Numbered from the whole stretch's first letter, positions 25,890 to 40,089 are shown. The stretch is 63,562 bases of DNA, filler included, from Octopus bimaculoides (GCF_001194135.2; 5 parts of 4 records of this genome joined end to end with filler, not necessarily neighbours in it); one strand, 5' to 3'. The notes: a model not told the origin generated them from the letters alone. Translations and numbers: made by a program.

Positions 25890-25929
25890 GGCGACTCGAG
25901 TTTCAGGGCTATTTCCCTTCGTCATGGCC
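25890..25929 (-). ncRNA. Minimal type I hammerhead ribozyme motif
   Basis: Minus strand reads GGC-CATGACGA-AGGG-AAATAG-CCCT-GAAA-CTCGAGTC-GCC: perfect stems I and II, palindromic ACTCGAGT stem III, GUC triplet, one extra or substituted base in the core. Confidence 0.65.
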
Positions 25930-27469
25930 GGTATGACAGACTTTAACAGACAGTGTTGGAACTCTTTTAAACAAAATAATATATTCCTCTATACACAATC
26001 ATACAAAAAAACCCACCTTTTTTGTATTTATTTTTACTCGCATATATATATATATATATATACACAGATGGTTGTATGTGAGTGTGTGTCTGTGTGTCTT
26101 TGTGTTTGTTTCTCTCCTTGTTCTGCTTAACAACTGAGGCAATTTGTTGGACTAAACCCTCCAAGGCAGTGTCCCAGTATAGCTGTTGTCCAATGACTGG
26201 AACAAGTAACAAGTTAAAGAATACAAGATCCATCGATATAACTACATTCTCTTTATTAGTGTCTTTAATTGTCAATCCATTATAATTTTTCAAACCAGTT
26301 ATGCTGGTGCTGGTGGCATGTAAAAAGCGCCCAGTCAACCAGTATACTCTGTAAAGTGGCTGGCATTAGGAAGGGCATCAAGCTGTGGAAACCATGCCAA
26401 AGCAGACTATGAAAGCTGGTGTGGCCTCTGGCCTTGCAAGCTCCTGTCAAGCCGTCCAACCCATGCCAGCATGGAAAATGGAATTCGAATGATGATGATG
26501 ATGGTGATGATGATTCAGTAGTTCTGAAGTTTGACTTAATTTATCTTTATCAGTTTCATCTCAAGAGCTGCGTCCATGCTGGGGCACTGCCATTAATTCT
26601 TTGTTTTTGTATAGTATTCATCATCACCATCATCATCATCGTTTAACGTCCGCTTTCCATGCTAGCATGGGTTGGACGATTTGACTGAGGGCTGGTGAAA
26701 CTGGATGGCAACACCAGGCTCCAATCTGATTTGGCAGAGTTTCTACAGCTGGATGCCCTTCCTAATGCCAACCACTCAGAGAGTGTAGTGGGTGCTTTTA
26801 TGTATCACTCGCACGAAGGCCAGTCAGGCGGTACTGGCAACNNNNNNNNNNNNNNNNNNNNNNNNNNNNNNNNNNNNNNNNNNNNNNNNNNNNNNNNNNN
26901 NNNNNNNNNNNNNNNNNNNNNNNNNNNNNNNNNNNNNNNNNNNNNNNNNNNNNNNNNNNNNNNNNNNNNNNNNNNNNNNNNNNNNNNNNNNNNNNNNNNN
27001 NNNNNNNNNNNNNNNNNNNNNNNNNNNNNNNNNNNNNNNNNNNNNNNNNNNNNNNNNNNNNNNNNNNNNNNNNNNNNNNNNNNNNNNNNNNNNNNNNNNN
27101 NNNNNNNNNNNNNNNNNNNNNNNNNNNNNNNNNNNNNNNNNNNNNNNNNNNNNNNNNNNNNNNNNNNNNNNNNNNNNNNNNNNNNNNNNNNNNNNNNNNN
27201 NNNNNNNNNNNNNNNNNNNNNNNNNNNNNNNNNNNNNNNNNNNNNNNNNNNNNNNNNNNNNNNNNNNNNNNNNNNNNNNNNNNNNNNNNNNNNNNNNNNN
27301 NNNNNNNNNNNNNNNNNNNNNNNNNNNNNNNNNNNNNNCTTAGTAAACTAGTAATCGTTATTATTCTTTCAAAATTAGTCTCAGTTATCATTTTCTTCAA
27401 GGTTCTAAAACCTTATCTTTAATTTCAGTGTAATAAGATTGCCAAAAAGGTATTCTTTTATTCTTTTAT

Positions 27470-27915
27470 TCTTTTATTCATTTACTTGTTTCATTCATTT
27501 GACTGCGGCCATGCAGGAGCACCACCTTTAGTCAAACAAATTGACACCAGGATTTATTCTTTCTAAGCTTAGTACTTATTCTATTGGTCTCTTTTTGTCG
27601 AACCACTAAGTTACAGGGATGTAAACACACCAACATTGGTTGTCAAGTAATGGTGGAGGGTCAAAAACAGATACAAACACACAAATATATATATAAATAT
27701 ATACATATATATACACACACACATGTGCGCGCACACACACACACACACGCACACACATATATGGCGGGCTTCTTTCAGTTTCTGTCTACCAAATCCACTC
27801 ACAAGGCTTTGTTCAGCCTGAGGCTATAGTAGAAAACACTTGTCCAAGGTGCCATGCAGTGGGACTGAACCCAGAATTGTGTGGTTGAGAAGCAATCTTC
27901 TTACCACACAGCCAT
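27470..27915 (-). mobile_element. SINE family A copy
   Basis: Reverse-complement match to 17870-18276. Other partial copies near 12913-13150, 15155-15320, 16630-16760, 17575-17830, 30400-30530 and 41710-42085. Confidence 0.8.
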
Positions 27916-28032
27916 GCCAGCAAGCAAATCTTTTTTTTCCCCTTTACTGTTTGGTATACTTCTATTGTTAATAACTTTTTTAAATAAATAATAATAATAA
28001 TACATTTCTTTTATAACAACAACAACAACAAC

Positions 28033-28084
<52 letters not shown>

Positions 28085-29039
28085 TACTGAGAAGAGCATT
28101 ATCGTTGTGAAAACAACATCCAATCATGAATTTTTTTTATTTATTAATTTTTTTTCTTTTTTTTTTTAATACATATTTTACCTGTGAATTTGCGTGTGTA
28201 AACTGGGAATGCATACAATGAGTTTCTCTGCCCTAGGTGTACGGAAAACACCCAAGCAGTATTTTTTGAAGTTTTCCTATAACTTTTCTTATATGAAATT
28301 GTTACTAGATAACTTTGTACGTGTAGTAGATCAAACGTGGAGAGGGATTACAGGTAATTAGATCAGAGGAGCAGAATTATTTTGATTCCATATACACAGT
28401 TTTCAGTGCATTAGGTACATAAACTCACACACACACACAGAAACACAAATACACATACATGCACGTGCATGCAACACACACACACACACATGGCTGTTGT
28501 TAATGAAAAGAACAAACAATGGAAGACCAGTGATGCCAAAAATCACTACAATTTCAAGGTGTGATCTGAAGAAAATTGACTTGCTATTTTTAGCAGACTA
28601 AGTAACCACACACAACCTACCTCATTAAATGAAAGGAAGTAAAATTTCTCTCTCTCTCTCTCTCTCTGTCTATACACCATCGCTAGAAGGGGACTTAACT
28701 CATGTTTGCAAATTGTGTATTTCTCTGACTTTAAAATTGTTAGAAGTTATGGTTTAAAATTATTTTTAATGCAAAAATTCACCTGTTAGGAAGGAAGAAA
28801 AAAACAAAAAACTAAATGGCCGATTCTGGGTATTTTCGACCATGAGGAATCCATTGGTGCGACTCCCAAATTGCTATCTTGTAAGGTGTGGATTTCTATA
28901 GATGCAAGACACACACACACACACACACTCACAAACTCAGCTTTACAATATGTACTGATGTGACATATGAATAAAAATGTGTAAATGTACAACCATCCAG
29001 ACATCTGAGTACCTAATTATTATTTTTTCTAAGATCATC

Positions 29040-29203
29040 ATCATCATCATCATCATCGTTTAACGTCCGCTTTCCATGCTAGCATGGGTTGGACGATTTG
29101 ACTGAGGACTGGTGAAACCGGATGGCAACACCAGGCTCCAGTCTGATTTGGCAGAGTTTCTACAGCTGGATGCCCTTCCTAACGCCAACCACTCAGAGAG
29201 TGT
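29040..29203 (-). mobile_element. Severely 5'-truncated RTE 3' end (representative of many copies)
   Basis: Nearly identical to the 3' end of the 32763-36384 LINE, including the (GAT)n tail. Other copies at ~6220-6435, 9500-10200, 12110-12230, 25320-25462, 26290-26510, 26630-26841 and 63170-63350. Confidence 0.85.
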
Positions 29204-29205
29204 AG

Positions 29206-29241
<36 letters not shown>

Positions 29242-29678
29242 ATATGTATATATATATATATATGCACACACACATACATACATACATACATAGAAAGCCA
29301 AGTTACTAGTGAGAGATTATCAATCTGGACAAAATACCTTATAAGCTCTCTATTAATACACCAAACTAACAATATTGTTTAGATTAGCAAAGAACTCAGA
29401 GTATTCTTGTGGTAAGGTCTGAGTTGATAGTTCATCATTATTCTATACAGTAAATCCATAGATGTGTTCCAGTTATACTGTTATGTTTACAGAGTGATAA
29501 AGAAGACAAGACATAAATAATGGTCATTACGTATTACTTTAGTGTAATAAATTTGGCTTACAGCTGTTTCCAGTAGTCATTATAAGTTGATTATTTATTG
29601 GTTTATTCAACTGGTCCATTGATCAGTTGAGAAATATTGAATGATCTAGCGAATTAATGTTACTTTCTTGTGTGTGTG

Positions 29679-29764
<86 letters not shown>

Positions 29765-29781
29765 TGTGTGTGTGTATGTGG

Positions 29782-29814
<33 letters not shown>

Positions 29815-30353
29815 CACACAAAAACATATGATATTTTGAAGCAACATATTTGGAGTTAGTGAACTGTAGAAAAGCATAAATTTCCCACAATCCAAGTTAA
29901 GCGTTTACAACAGCTATTTCAATGGAATAAACATCAATGGTTTTTTTCATCTTGTATCCCAATGAAATGGATAACCTATCCATTTAAATTAATTTAGTAT
30001 GTATGTTAATTATGTAATTATATAAATGCTGTTGAAAACTTATGACTCATATTACATTTAAGCTTTTCTGCTGCTTACTGTCATCATCATCATCATCATC
30101 ATTATCATCATCATTCTCATTTTAATGTTTACTTTTCCATACTTGTATGGGTCAGATGAAGTTTATTGAGGCAGATTTTCTTCAGCTAGATACCCTCCCT
30201 GTTGCCAAATCATATCTGTTTTCAAGCAAAGTAATACTTCTCCATGGCCAGACATGTTGCAAAATGTTAAAAGGAATGATACTGTTTGTATGACAGTGAA
30301 AATCATTTACAACCATCACACAATGTCAAGACAAGGGGACATGAACATGTAAA

Positions 30354-30393
<40 letters not shown>

Positions 30394-30535
30394 CACATAT
30401 ACACAGGCTTCTTTCAGTTTCCATCTACCAAATCCACTCACAAGGCTTTGGTTGGCCCTAGGCTATAGTAGAAGGTAATAGACCAAGATGCTATGCAGTT
30501 GGGAAGCAAAGATCTTGCACAGCCATATTTGCACC

Positions 30536-30586
<51 letters not shown>

Positions 30587-30588
<2 letters not shown>

Positions 30589-31097
30589 TAATACATCCAT
30601 TTGTTGTTTACACCACATGTCTTTGTCTGTTGTATTTTCGTGAATTCTCCCATACATAGCATACGCTCACGTGGTCGCACCAGCTAATCCTGTCTCTACT
30701 CATCACACACGAACTTCTGGACTCTCTACCATTTTTCATTCTGGACTTTTTATTCTGAACTTTGCACTCTCTGGCTGCACCTCTCCTGCCTACGGATTAC
30801 GCTGTCCCTATCTACTGATAAGAAATCGACGCAATACACCACGACGTCTGAATCTTTTGGACTTTATAACTTGTGTAAAACTTTTATTTTATTATTACTG
30901 ACCCTTCTGTCCGACATTCGCCATGTTAGATTGCTGACCACTACACATATTTTTTTTCTCTCCTTGTTTCTCTCCTTATTTCTTTCTGTGTTTCTTTCTG
31001 TTGAAGAGCGTAGGCTCGAAACGTTAAGGACTTTCTCTATTCCCGAGCGTTATACTAATACATCCATTTGTTGTTTACACCACCTGTCTTCGTCTGT
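30587..31097 (+). mobile_element. Penelope-like 3' fragment with partial direct repeat and minimal hammerhead
   Basis: A ~44-bp direct repeat (TACTAATACATCCATTTGTTGTTTACACCAC...) at both ends, a decayed GIY-YIG tail (NPVSTHH...TPRRLN) and a hammerhead-like core at 30995-31028. Confidence 0.65.
30995..31028 (+). ncRNA. Minimal hammerhead motif, A6U core variant
   Basis: TTT-CTGTTGA-A-GAGC-GTAG-GCTC-GAAA-CGTT-AAG. A decayed sister copy (CTGCTGA-A-GTGC-GTAG-GCTC-AAAA-CGTC-AAA) lies at 14940-14973. Confidence 0.55.
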
Positions 31098-31533
31098 ATT
31101 TGGCTTGTGATCGTAGGGTCATGAGTTCGATTCCTGGTGGCACAATGTGTCTTTGAGCAGACACTTCATTTCATGGTGCTCCAGTCCACTCAGGTGGTAA
31201 AAATGAGCAGTATTTGTATTTCAAAGGGCCAGCCTTGTTACACTTTGTGTCACGCTGAATCTCCCTGAGAAATATGTAAAGGGGTATGACCTGTCCATGT
31301 TTTTTCTTCTCCTTCTTTTGTATCATCTGTCTGGATGTTTTGTTGTCCCTTTTTTGTATCATCTAGCTGTCTGGACGTTTTGCGTTCTTGTCCCATTTTT
31401 TGTATTCCTTTATATATATATATATATATATATNNNNNNNNNNNNNNNNNNNNNNNNNNNNNNNNNNNNNNNNNNNNTTAATTAATTAANNNNNNNNNNN
31501 NNNNNNNNNNNNNNNNNNNNNNNNNNNNNNNNN

Positions 31534-31580
<47 letters not shown>

Positions 31581-31612
31581 TGAATATATATGTATATATG
31601 TATAAATATTAT

Positions 31613-32250
31613 ATTGAGGAGTTTCGTTATAGGTATAAAAATATAGCATAAACAAGTATTAAAAAATGTAGAAAAAATGAAGAATCAGAAATAGATTTAT
31701 TATAAAACTGGATTCAATGCATATGTATGTTTCGAAAAACAATGCAAATGTTTAGGAAAAAAATTTTTATCATAGTAATTAGGATTAAATTTATGCATTG
31801 TCATTCTCATCAGTGTGAGGAATCTCTTGAAGAACATCAAGAAAGTTTAATAGGATGAAATAGAATAAAATAAAATAAAATAAGATTCAATAAGAGAACA
31901 CGGCTGGCGCAGTAACAGAAAATTAGATAATTTACAAACCAAGTTGTGAAAGGGAAAAATAATGATAACAACAATAATAAAAATAGTGAGTGAGACGAAA
32001 AAGAAAAAGAAAGAGAAAGGCATATCAATATGTATGCAAGTCTATATGTGCAGTAAAACTATAACATAAGAATCTAATGGATATGTTTAAAAAAATAGTA
32101 ACAGGTTGAGATGAAAATACAATCTAAACAAGGCCATGCATGCCTAGTAGAGTACAATGTAACAATTTCAGTAGCAGAAAAAAGCCATAGAGAGTTATTT
32201 ATATATACATAATAATATTGAAAAACAAATACAAAATATGTGTATGTATA

Positions 32251-32303
<53 letters not shown>

Positions 32304-35300
32304 CCTGAAGCTGAGAAACAACACTACGTTCGAGAATGATTCAATATATATAAGTAGAAAATGTGCATGCAAGCAGACACAAAAACAAAAAGACTTTTTT
32401 TAAAGAGAGACAATGTTCACAGACAAGGTAGGCTGGTGTATTTGACAGAAGTTACCCACTCAAAAAATAGTGTGTAGTAGGGGAGATAACCGAAAAAGAA
32501 TAAGAATCAAAAAAAAATATATGAAGGAGAAAATTATTAATTAATTCACAAGTAATAGAGGAAAAAAACACGTATATACACAACACATAAGGAATATACA
32601 CTCAAACATAGGCACATATATACATACACCACATACACAGAACACACACGTGCACATACCCACACACACATACACAAGGGTGCATGTGTAAGGGAAGATA
32701 CAAACGTGAAATAATAAAGGAACATGTATTCACATAATACGTATTCACATAATACGTATATATCATCATCATCATCATTTAACATCCGCTTTCCATGTTA
32801 GCATGGGTTGGACGGACTGGTGAACCAGATGGCTACACCAGGCTCTAATCTGATTTGGCAGAGTTTCTACAGCTGGATGCCCTTCCTAACGCCAACCACT
32901 CTGAGAGTGTAGTGGGTGCTTTTTACGTGCCACCAGTACAAGGGCCAGTCTGGTGGTACTGGCAACGGCCACGCACAAATGGTGTATTTTACGTGCCACC
33001 TGCACAGGAGTCAGTCAAATGTTTTGTTCATATGCCACCGCACAAGTGCTAGTAAGGGGAAGCTGAAAACGATCGCGCTCAAATGGTGCTTATTACGTGC
33101 CACTGACACGGAAGCGAGAACGCTGCTCTGGCAGTGATCCCACTTGGATGGTGTTATTGGCACTCCACTGGAACAGGTGCCAGTCATCGAATTAGGTTCA
33201 GTTTCAATCTCACTTGCCCCAACAGGTCTTCGCAAGCTGAATTTAGTGTCCAATGAAGGAAGGTTGGCATGGATGCCAGTAATCAAATTGGGTTCAATTT
33301 CGATTTCGATTTCACTTGCCTCAACTGGTCTTAACAAGCAGGGTTTTGTGTCTAAAGAAGGAAAGGTATGCATAAGTGGGCTCGCTACACTCCTGGTAAA
33401 GGCCACGGGTTATGGTCTTACTTGTCTTGCTGGGTCTTCTCACGCACGGCATATTTCCAAAGTTCTCGGTTACTAGTCATTGCCTCGGTGAGGCCTAATG
33501 TTCAGAGGTCGTGCTTCACCACCTCATCCCAGGTCTTCCTGGGTCTACCTCTTCCACAGGTACCCTCAACTGCTAGGCTGTGGCACTTTTTCACATAGCT
33601 AACCTTATCCATTCTCGCCACATAACCATACCAGCGCAATCGTCTCTCTTCTGATGCTTCTTAGGTCCAACTTTTCTCTCAAGATACTTACACTCTGTTG
33701 AGTATGCACACTGACATTACACATCCATCGGAGCATACTGGCTTCATTCCTTGCAAGCTTACGCATGTCCTCAGCAGTCATGGCCCATGTTTCACTGCCA
33801 TGTAGTATGGCTGTTTGTACACGTGTCATACAGTCTGCCTTTTACTCTGAGAGAGAGGCCCTTTGTCACCAGCAGAGGTAAGAGCTCTCTGAACTTTGCC
33901 CAGGCTATTCTTATTCTAGCAGCTACACTTTCAGTGCACCCTCCCTCACTACTGACTTGGACACCTAGGTAACGGAAGCTATCAACTACTACTAGTTTTT
34001 CTCCCTGGAATGTGGGAGAAGTTGTTCTCTGCACATTTCCAGTGTTTATTGCTCCTGAGCATCTGCCACATACAAAAACTATCTTCTTAGTTAGCCTTCC
34101 ATTGATATTGCTGAACCTCTTATGTGTCCATAGCTTACACTGGGTACATCTTATAGAGTTTCTACCTACGCCTTTTCTACAGATCGAGCAGGGCCATCTA
34201 CCTGAAGGGATCTGTGGTTTGTCTACCTTTCTACTTATTAGGACTTTGTTGTTAGCTAGGTTGACTCTAAGGCCCTTCAATTCTCATCCTTGCTTCCACA
34301 CCTGAAACTTCTCCTCTAGTTCTGATAGTGACTCAGCAATTAGTGCAAGGTTATTAGCATAGAGGAGCTCCCAGGGGCAACCTGTCTTGGATTCCTGTGT
34401 TATTGCCTGGAGGACTGTGATAAATAGGAGGGGGGCTGAGGACTGAACCTTGGTGGACCCCTACCTCTACCCGAAATTCTTCACTGTACTCGTTGCCAAC
34501 CCTCACCTTACTGATGGTGTCCCTGTACATGGCTCACTAACCATTCATCTATCCCTAGTTTCCTCATTGACCACCAGATAAAGGATCGGGTGACCCTGTC
34601 AAAGGCTTTCTCCATGTCAACAAAAGGCAGGTAGAGGTTTATCTTTGGCTATGTATTTCTCCTGCAGCTGTCTTAACAGAAATATAGCATCAGTGGTGCT
34701 TTTCCCTGGCATGAATCCAAACTGCATCTTATCTAATCTGACTCTCTCCCTAATTAGTTGGGCTATGACCCTCTCTGTGACCTTCATTACCTGGTTCAAC
34801 AACTTGATACCTTTGTAATTATTTGTGTCTAAAGCATCACATTTACCTTTGTAGCAGTTGACTATGGAGCTGCTACACAAGACATTGGGTATGACTCCTT
34901 CGTGTATCACCTGCTTAACTATACAGGTGACTAGGCTATAGCCAACACTGCCAGATATTTTGAGCATCTCTGTAGTGATACCTGATGGGCTGTGGGGTTT
35001 CCCTGACTTAATTGCTTTATCTACCTAGGTACTGTCAATTGGGATAGCTTGTCCCGATGATGATGTCCCTCTGTTGGGTCGACATTCGGCAGACTCCCTT
35101 TCTCCCATTCATTCTCTTTATTGAGCAACCTTTCATATTGGCGTCTCCAAACCTCCCTCTTTGCAGCTTCGGTTAGTGCAAGTAAGCCATCATCCATGCG
35201 GACATATATCTGTCCTACGACATCACGATTCTCTCTCACACACTGTCTTGCAACACGAAATACTCCAAGTCTTTGGTTCTCACGGCCCAGAACATTGGCA

Positions 35301-36709
35301 AATTTTTTCTTATCTTCTTCCCCTCTGGCTAAATTAACCTGTCTCCTAGCTTCCCTTCTGGTAGTCTGATACAATTCCCTGCTACCTCCATTCTTCCAGT
35401 CCTTCCAAGCCTGTTTGTTTTGTCTAATAGCCCTGTCAACCACATTGTTCCACCACCTCATTACTTTGGGTCGAGAGGGAACTTTGCACCATCCACAGAT
35501 CTGGTCAGTGGCCCTCAGCAGGTTGTCCCATAGAAACCTCCAGTTGTCTTCCACATTATGTGATGCTATGTCCCCTTCTATTTAGGTGAAGGCTTCAAGT
35601 AACACGTTTCTAAATCTCTGTCCATTTTCAGGATCTTTAAGCTTCCAGACCCTTCTCCTCCATGCTGGTCTACTTCCTGGCATCCATTTAGCCCTGATCC
35701 CGAAGTCGCTAACTACTAATCTGCGTTGAGGGGTACATTCTTCGCCTGGGAAGGTTTTGGCATTTATAAGCAGTCCTCTTTCTCTTTTTCTGGCGAGGAT
35801 GTAGTCAATTTGGCTAGTGTGTCTGCCGGAACAGTAGTTGACAGGCAGGCTTCCTGAAGTTGGCATTGCAAACCATAAGATCATTTGCATCACAGAACTC
35901 CAGTAGCCTGGTTCCCCCTTCATTGTGCTAACCAAAGCCATAGCCTCCATGTACGCCAAGGAAGCCCCCTGCATGTTGTCCAACATGTCCATTGAAATCA
36001 CCAACCACAAAGAGAAGGTCCCTGTCATCCATCAACGAGGTAGTCTGCAATAGGGTGTCATAAAATTGGTCTTTCTGCCCATCTGGTGGCCCCAATTGAG
36101 GGGCACAGGCCGAGATAACGGTAGCTAACTTATGGTGAAGCACTAATCTAATCTTAAGTACTATGTCACATACTCTGACTACCTCGATTACCTTATCAAC
36201 CCATTTCTCCGCAAGAAGTATACGCACGCCTCCGACCCCATCAGTGTTCCCTGCCCAGAAAATCTTGTACTTGTGTTCTTTGCCTGTGAGGAACCTAGCA
36301 GAACCTCCTCTCCACCTTAATTCTTGGATGCAGCACAAATCTACATGTCTCTGTTCAAGCCTCACAAATCTACGATTCTCCGTTATATATATATATATAT
36401 ATATGAAAATGAAAAAAAAGCCAGAATGCTGAACTGGAAGCATATTTTAATAAAGATTTCTTCTAACCGGTTTTCATTGCGAAAAAGCAAATTATCAAGA
36501 AGAAGGAGAATGAAAATGTTTTTTTACAAGGAAGTACAAAACGAAGAAAATAATATATAAAACAATAATATATAAAAAAATAATAAATATACCCATACAT
36601 TATATTGTCTTTGAGCTTTTGTAGTTCAATAGTAGTTCATGTATAAACTGGTAGGAAAAATAAGGTTGCATGAGAGTTGAGAGTTTTGTTAGGTTTAAAA
36701 AAAGGGTTA

Positions 36710-36746
<37 letters not shown>

Positions 36747-39166
36747 GTATGTATGTACATACACACACATACAGACATGTACATATATACTCACATACAT
36801 AAACATACACATACATTACACGCACACACACACACATACAAGAAGGAAAAAAAATATATAAATATACACCTAAATATACACACGGATGTACATATATATA
36901 TGCGTGCATGTTAATGGATCCATACACAAAAAAAAACAGATGTATACATACACATGCACATAAACAAGCATATATACATAAATTATTGAAAACAGTGCCC
37001 ATACATACATACCTACATGCAAATATCAAATATATATATATATATGTGCATACATGTGCACACACACACACAAAACATACACACACATTTATATATATAT
37101 ATATATATATATACATGTGTATATATATCCATACACACATATATATATATATATATATAATTATATATATATATATATATACATGTGTATATATATCCAT
37201 ACACATATATATATATATATATANNNNNNNNNNATATATCCAAGAACACTAGTGCATAAAACATAGCCACACAGGCACATATACATACATGCACACACAT
37301 AGAAGATATACATGCACAAAATACCTGATTTTACTAACCAGATTCTTACCAATACCAATATTTTTAATAATATAAACAATTGTAATGTTACAGACAGTCA
37401 TTACAGGGAAAACATTAACATAGCTGGAAATAGTAACACGAAACAATGTCTTTTCACAAAAAATTCTCCTGAGAATATAATAAGAACTAAAAAAAAAAGG
37501 AGCTAATCAATAAAACTATTTAAGGTTAATGAAAAGGAATTTGGACATATGTTAACAAGAAAAAACTCTTTCATCTCTCGAATTTAAGATAGAACCTTTC
37601 ATTTTCATAATTATATAAGATTCCTCCAGGCATAATGGACAAGTTCTATTTCTAATCCTTATAAGAAGGGGCAGAAGAAACAATATTCCAAGAAATTGAG
37701 AAATTTATGTTATCTCTTTAAGTTGCCATACCTATTTGGATAAACTAGTACTACTTTCTTTCCGAGAATCATTAAAAGATGATTTATGATTATTCAAATG
37801 TAATTTAATTAAAAGGGGTCTGTGTGCAACCTGTATAACGAAACCTAGAGAGATGATGTGTTTACATACAACATTATTCATTTTGCAATTACCTTTAACT
37901 TCACAGGTGTTAAGGTTTCTACAGTTACAATTGTTACTAATATTAGACGTACTGTTGTTATGTGTATATGTATTGACAGAGTTTGTGTGGGTATGGGAAT
38001 CGTTGGTAGAAGATATAGGGCTACTGGAGTAATTGGGGTTAATATTAGTAATAGAGGCGGTTAAATTCTTGTAGTAAAGATTTATTTTTTTATTGATAAA
38101 GGAAGGAGAAACAGAAAAGCCAAATCTAATCATTCTGTTATTGAATATCCCAGCATACCAAGATTTACTAAAATTAGATTTAATAGAATGAATAGACTTT
38201 ATAAAGTCAGACTTCAAATGTTTAGCAAAAGGAAATATAATCCAAATTATGTTATTATTGTGTTACTTAATGGCATGGTGGTTTTTATTAGATGGGTCAC
38301 CCATTCGAATATATGGTATAGGTTGCTTCATACCTCTCGTATTATCACTACCATTACTAATATTATTATTCTTATTAATGTTGTTGTTATAATTATTATT
38401 AATATCATTATTATTATTATTAAAGTATTAAATATCATTAAAATGTGTTATGCAGTTGTGTGGGAAATTAAGAGTATGCGAAGAAAAAAGAGGATTTTTT
38501 TTTTGTGAAAAGACATTGTTTCGTGTTATTATTCCCAGCTATGTTAATGTTTTCCCTGTAATGACTGTCTCTAACATTACAATTGTGTATATTATAATTG
38601 TTTATATTATTAAAAATATAGGTATTGGTAAGAATCTGGTTAGTAAAAGTCTTTTTTTCCTTCTTGTATGTGTGCATGTGTGATGTATGTGCATGTTTAT
38701 TTATGTGAGTATATATATATACATATATATATACACGCATTATGTGAATACGTGTTCCTTTATTATTCTATGTTTGTATCTTCCCTTACACTTGCACCCT
38801 TGCATATGTGTGTGTGGGTATGTGCATGTGTGGTTTATGTATGTATATATATATGCCTATATTTGAGTGTATATTCCTTGTGTTATGTATATACATGGTT
38901 TTTTCTTTTTTTTTCTCTATTACTTGTGAATTAATTAATAATAATTTTCTCCTTCATATATTCGTTTTTTGTTTCTTATTCTTTTTCGATTGTCTCCCCT
39001 ACCCTACTATTTTTTGAGTGGGGGAACTTCTGTCAAATATACCAGCCTACCCTGTCTTTGATCGTTGTCTCTCTTTGAAAAAATTTTTTTTGTCTCTGCC
39101 TGCATGCACATTTTCTACTTATATATTGAATCATTCTCAAACATAGTCGTGTTTCTCAGCTTCAAG

Positions 39167-39210
<44 letters not shown>

Positions 39211-39792
39211 ACACATATTTTTTTTCATTTTTCAATATTATTATGTATACATATAACTCTCTATGGCTTTTTTCTGCTACTGAAATTGTTACATTGTACT
39301 CTACTAGGCACACGTGGCCTTATTTACATTGTATTTTCGTCTCAACCTCTTACTATTTTTTTTTTTAAATCCGTTAGATTTTTATGTAATAGTTTTACTG
39401 CACATATAGACTCTCTCACTATTATTATTATTGTTGTTATCATTATTTTTCCCTTTCACAACTTGGTTCGTAAATTATTTAATTTTCCCTTACTGCCCCA
39501 TCTGTGTCCTCTTATTGTATCTTATTTTATTTTATTTTATTCTATTTCATCTTATTAAACTTTCTTGATGTTCTTCAAGAGATTCCTCACACTGATGAGA
39601 ATGACAATGCATAAATTTAATTATAATTACTATGATAAAAAAAATTTTTCTTACACATCTGTATTGTTTTTCGAAACACATATGCATTGAATCCAGTTTT
39701 ATAATAAATCTATTTCTGATTCTACATTTTTTTCTACATTTTTTAATACTTGTTTATGCTATATTTTTATACCCATAACAAGACTCCTCAAT
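31613..39792. mobile_element. Penelope-like element with long inverted tails, hosting the nested RTE LINE
   Basis: 31613-32760 is a diverged inverted copy of 38710-39792, and 37330-37470 is an inverted copy of 38500-38650. Between them, minus-strand 38340-37500 encodes a PLE linker/GIY-YIG remnant (CNCRN...GNCKMNNVV, LNNHKSSF...STSLSK, ISWNIVSSAPSY, CPLCLEE, LNSRDE). Confidence 0.8.
32763..36384 (-). mobile_element. RTE-clade LINE, 5'-truncated, multiply frameshifted
   Basis: APE endonuclease (CCIQELRW, GDFNGHVG, SQIDYIL), RT (QFGFMPGKSTTDAIF, SFRYLG), a CxxC..CxxC..H..C zinc-finger insert, a long 3' UTR and a (GAT)n tail at ~32763-32778. Confidence 0.92.
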
Positions 39793-39943
39793 TATTATTT
39801 TCATATTCTTATTACTTGCTCTGGCTGATTTTTATGAATATGATGAATCTTTATTAGAAATAATTTTTTTCTCTCTTTTTGAATCCCCCAAAAAATTTAA
39901 TTGTTCTTTTTGAACTCATTTTTTGTTACACACACACACACAC

Positions 39944-39996
<53 letters not shown>

Positions 39997-40029
39997 AAGA
40001 TATATATGTGAAGATATATACATATGCAA

Positions 40030-40089
<60 letters not shown>

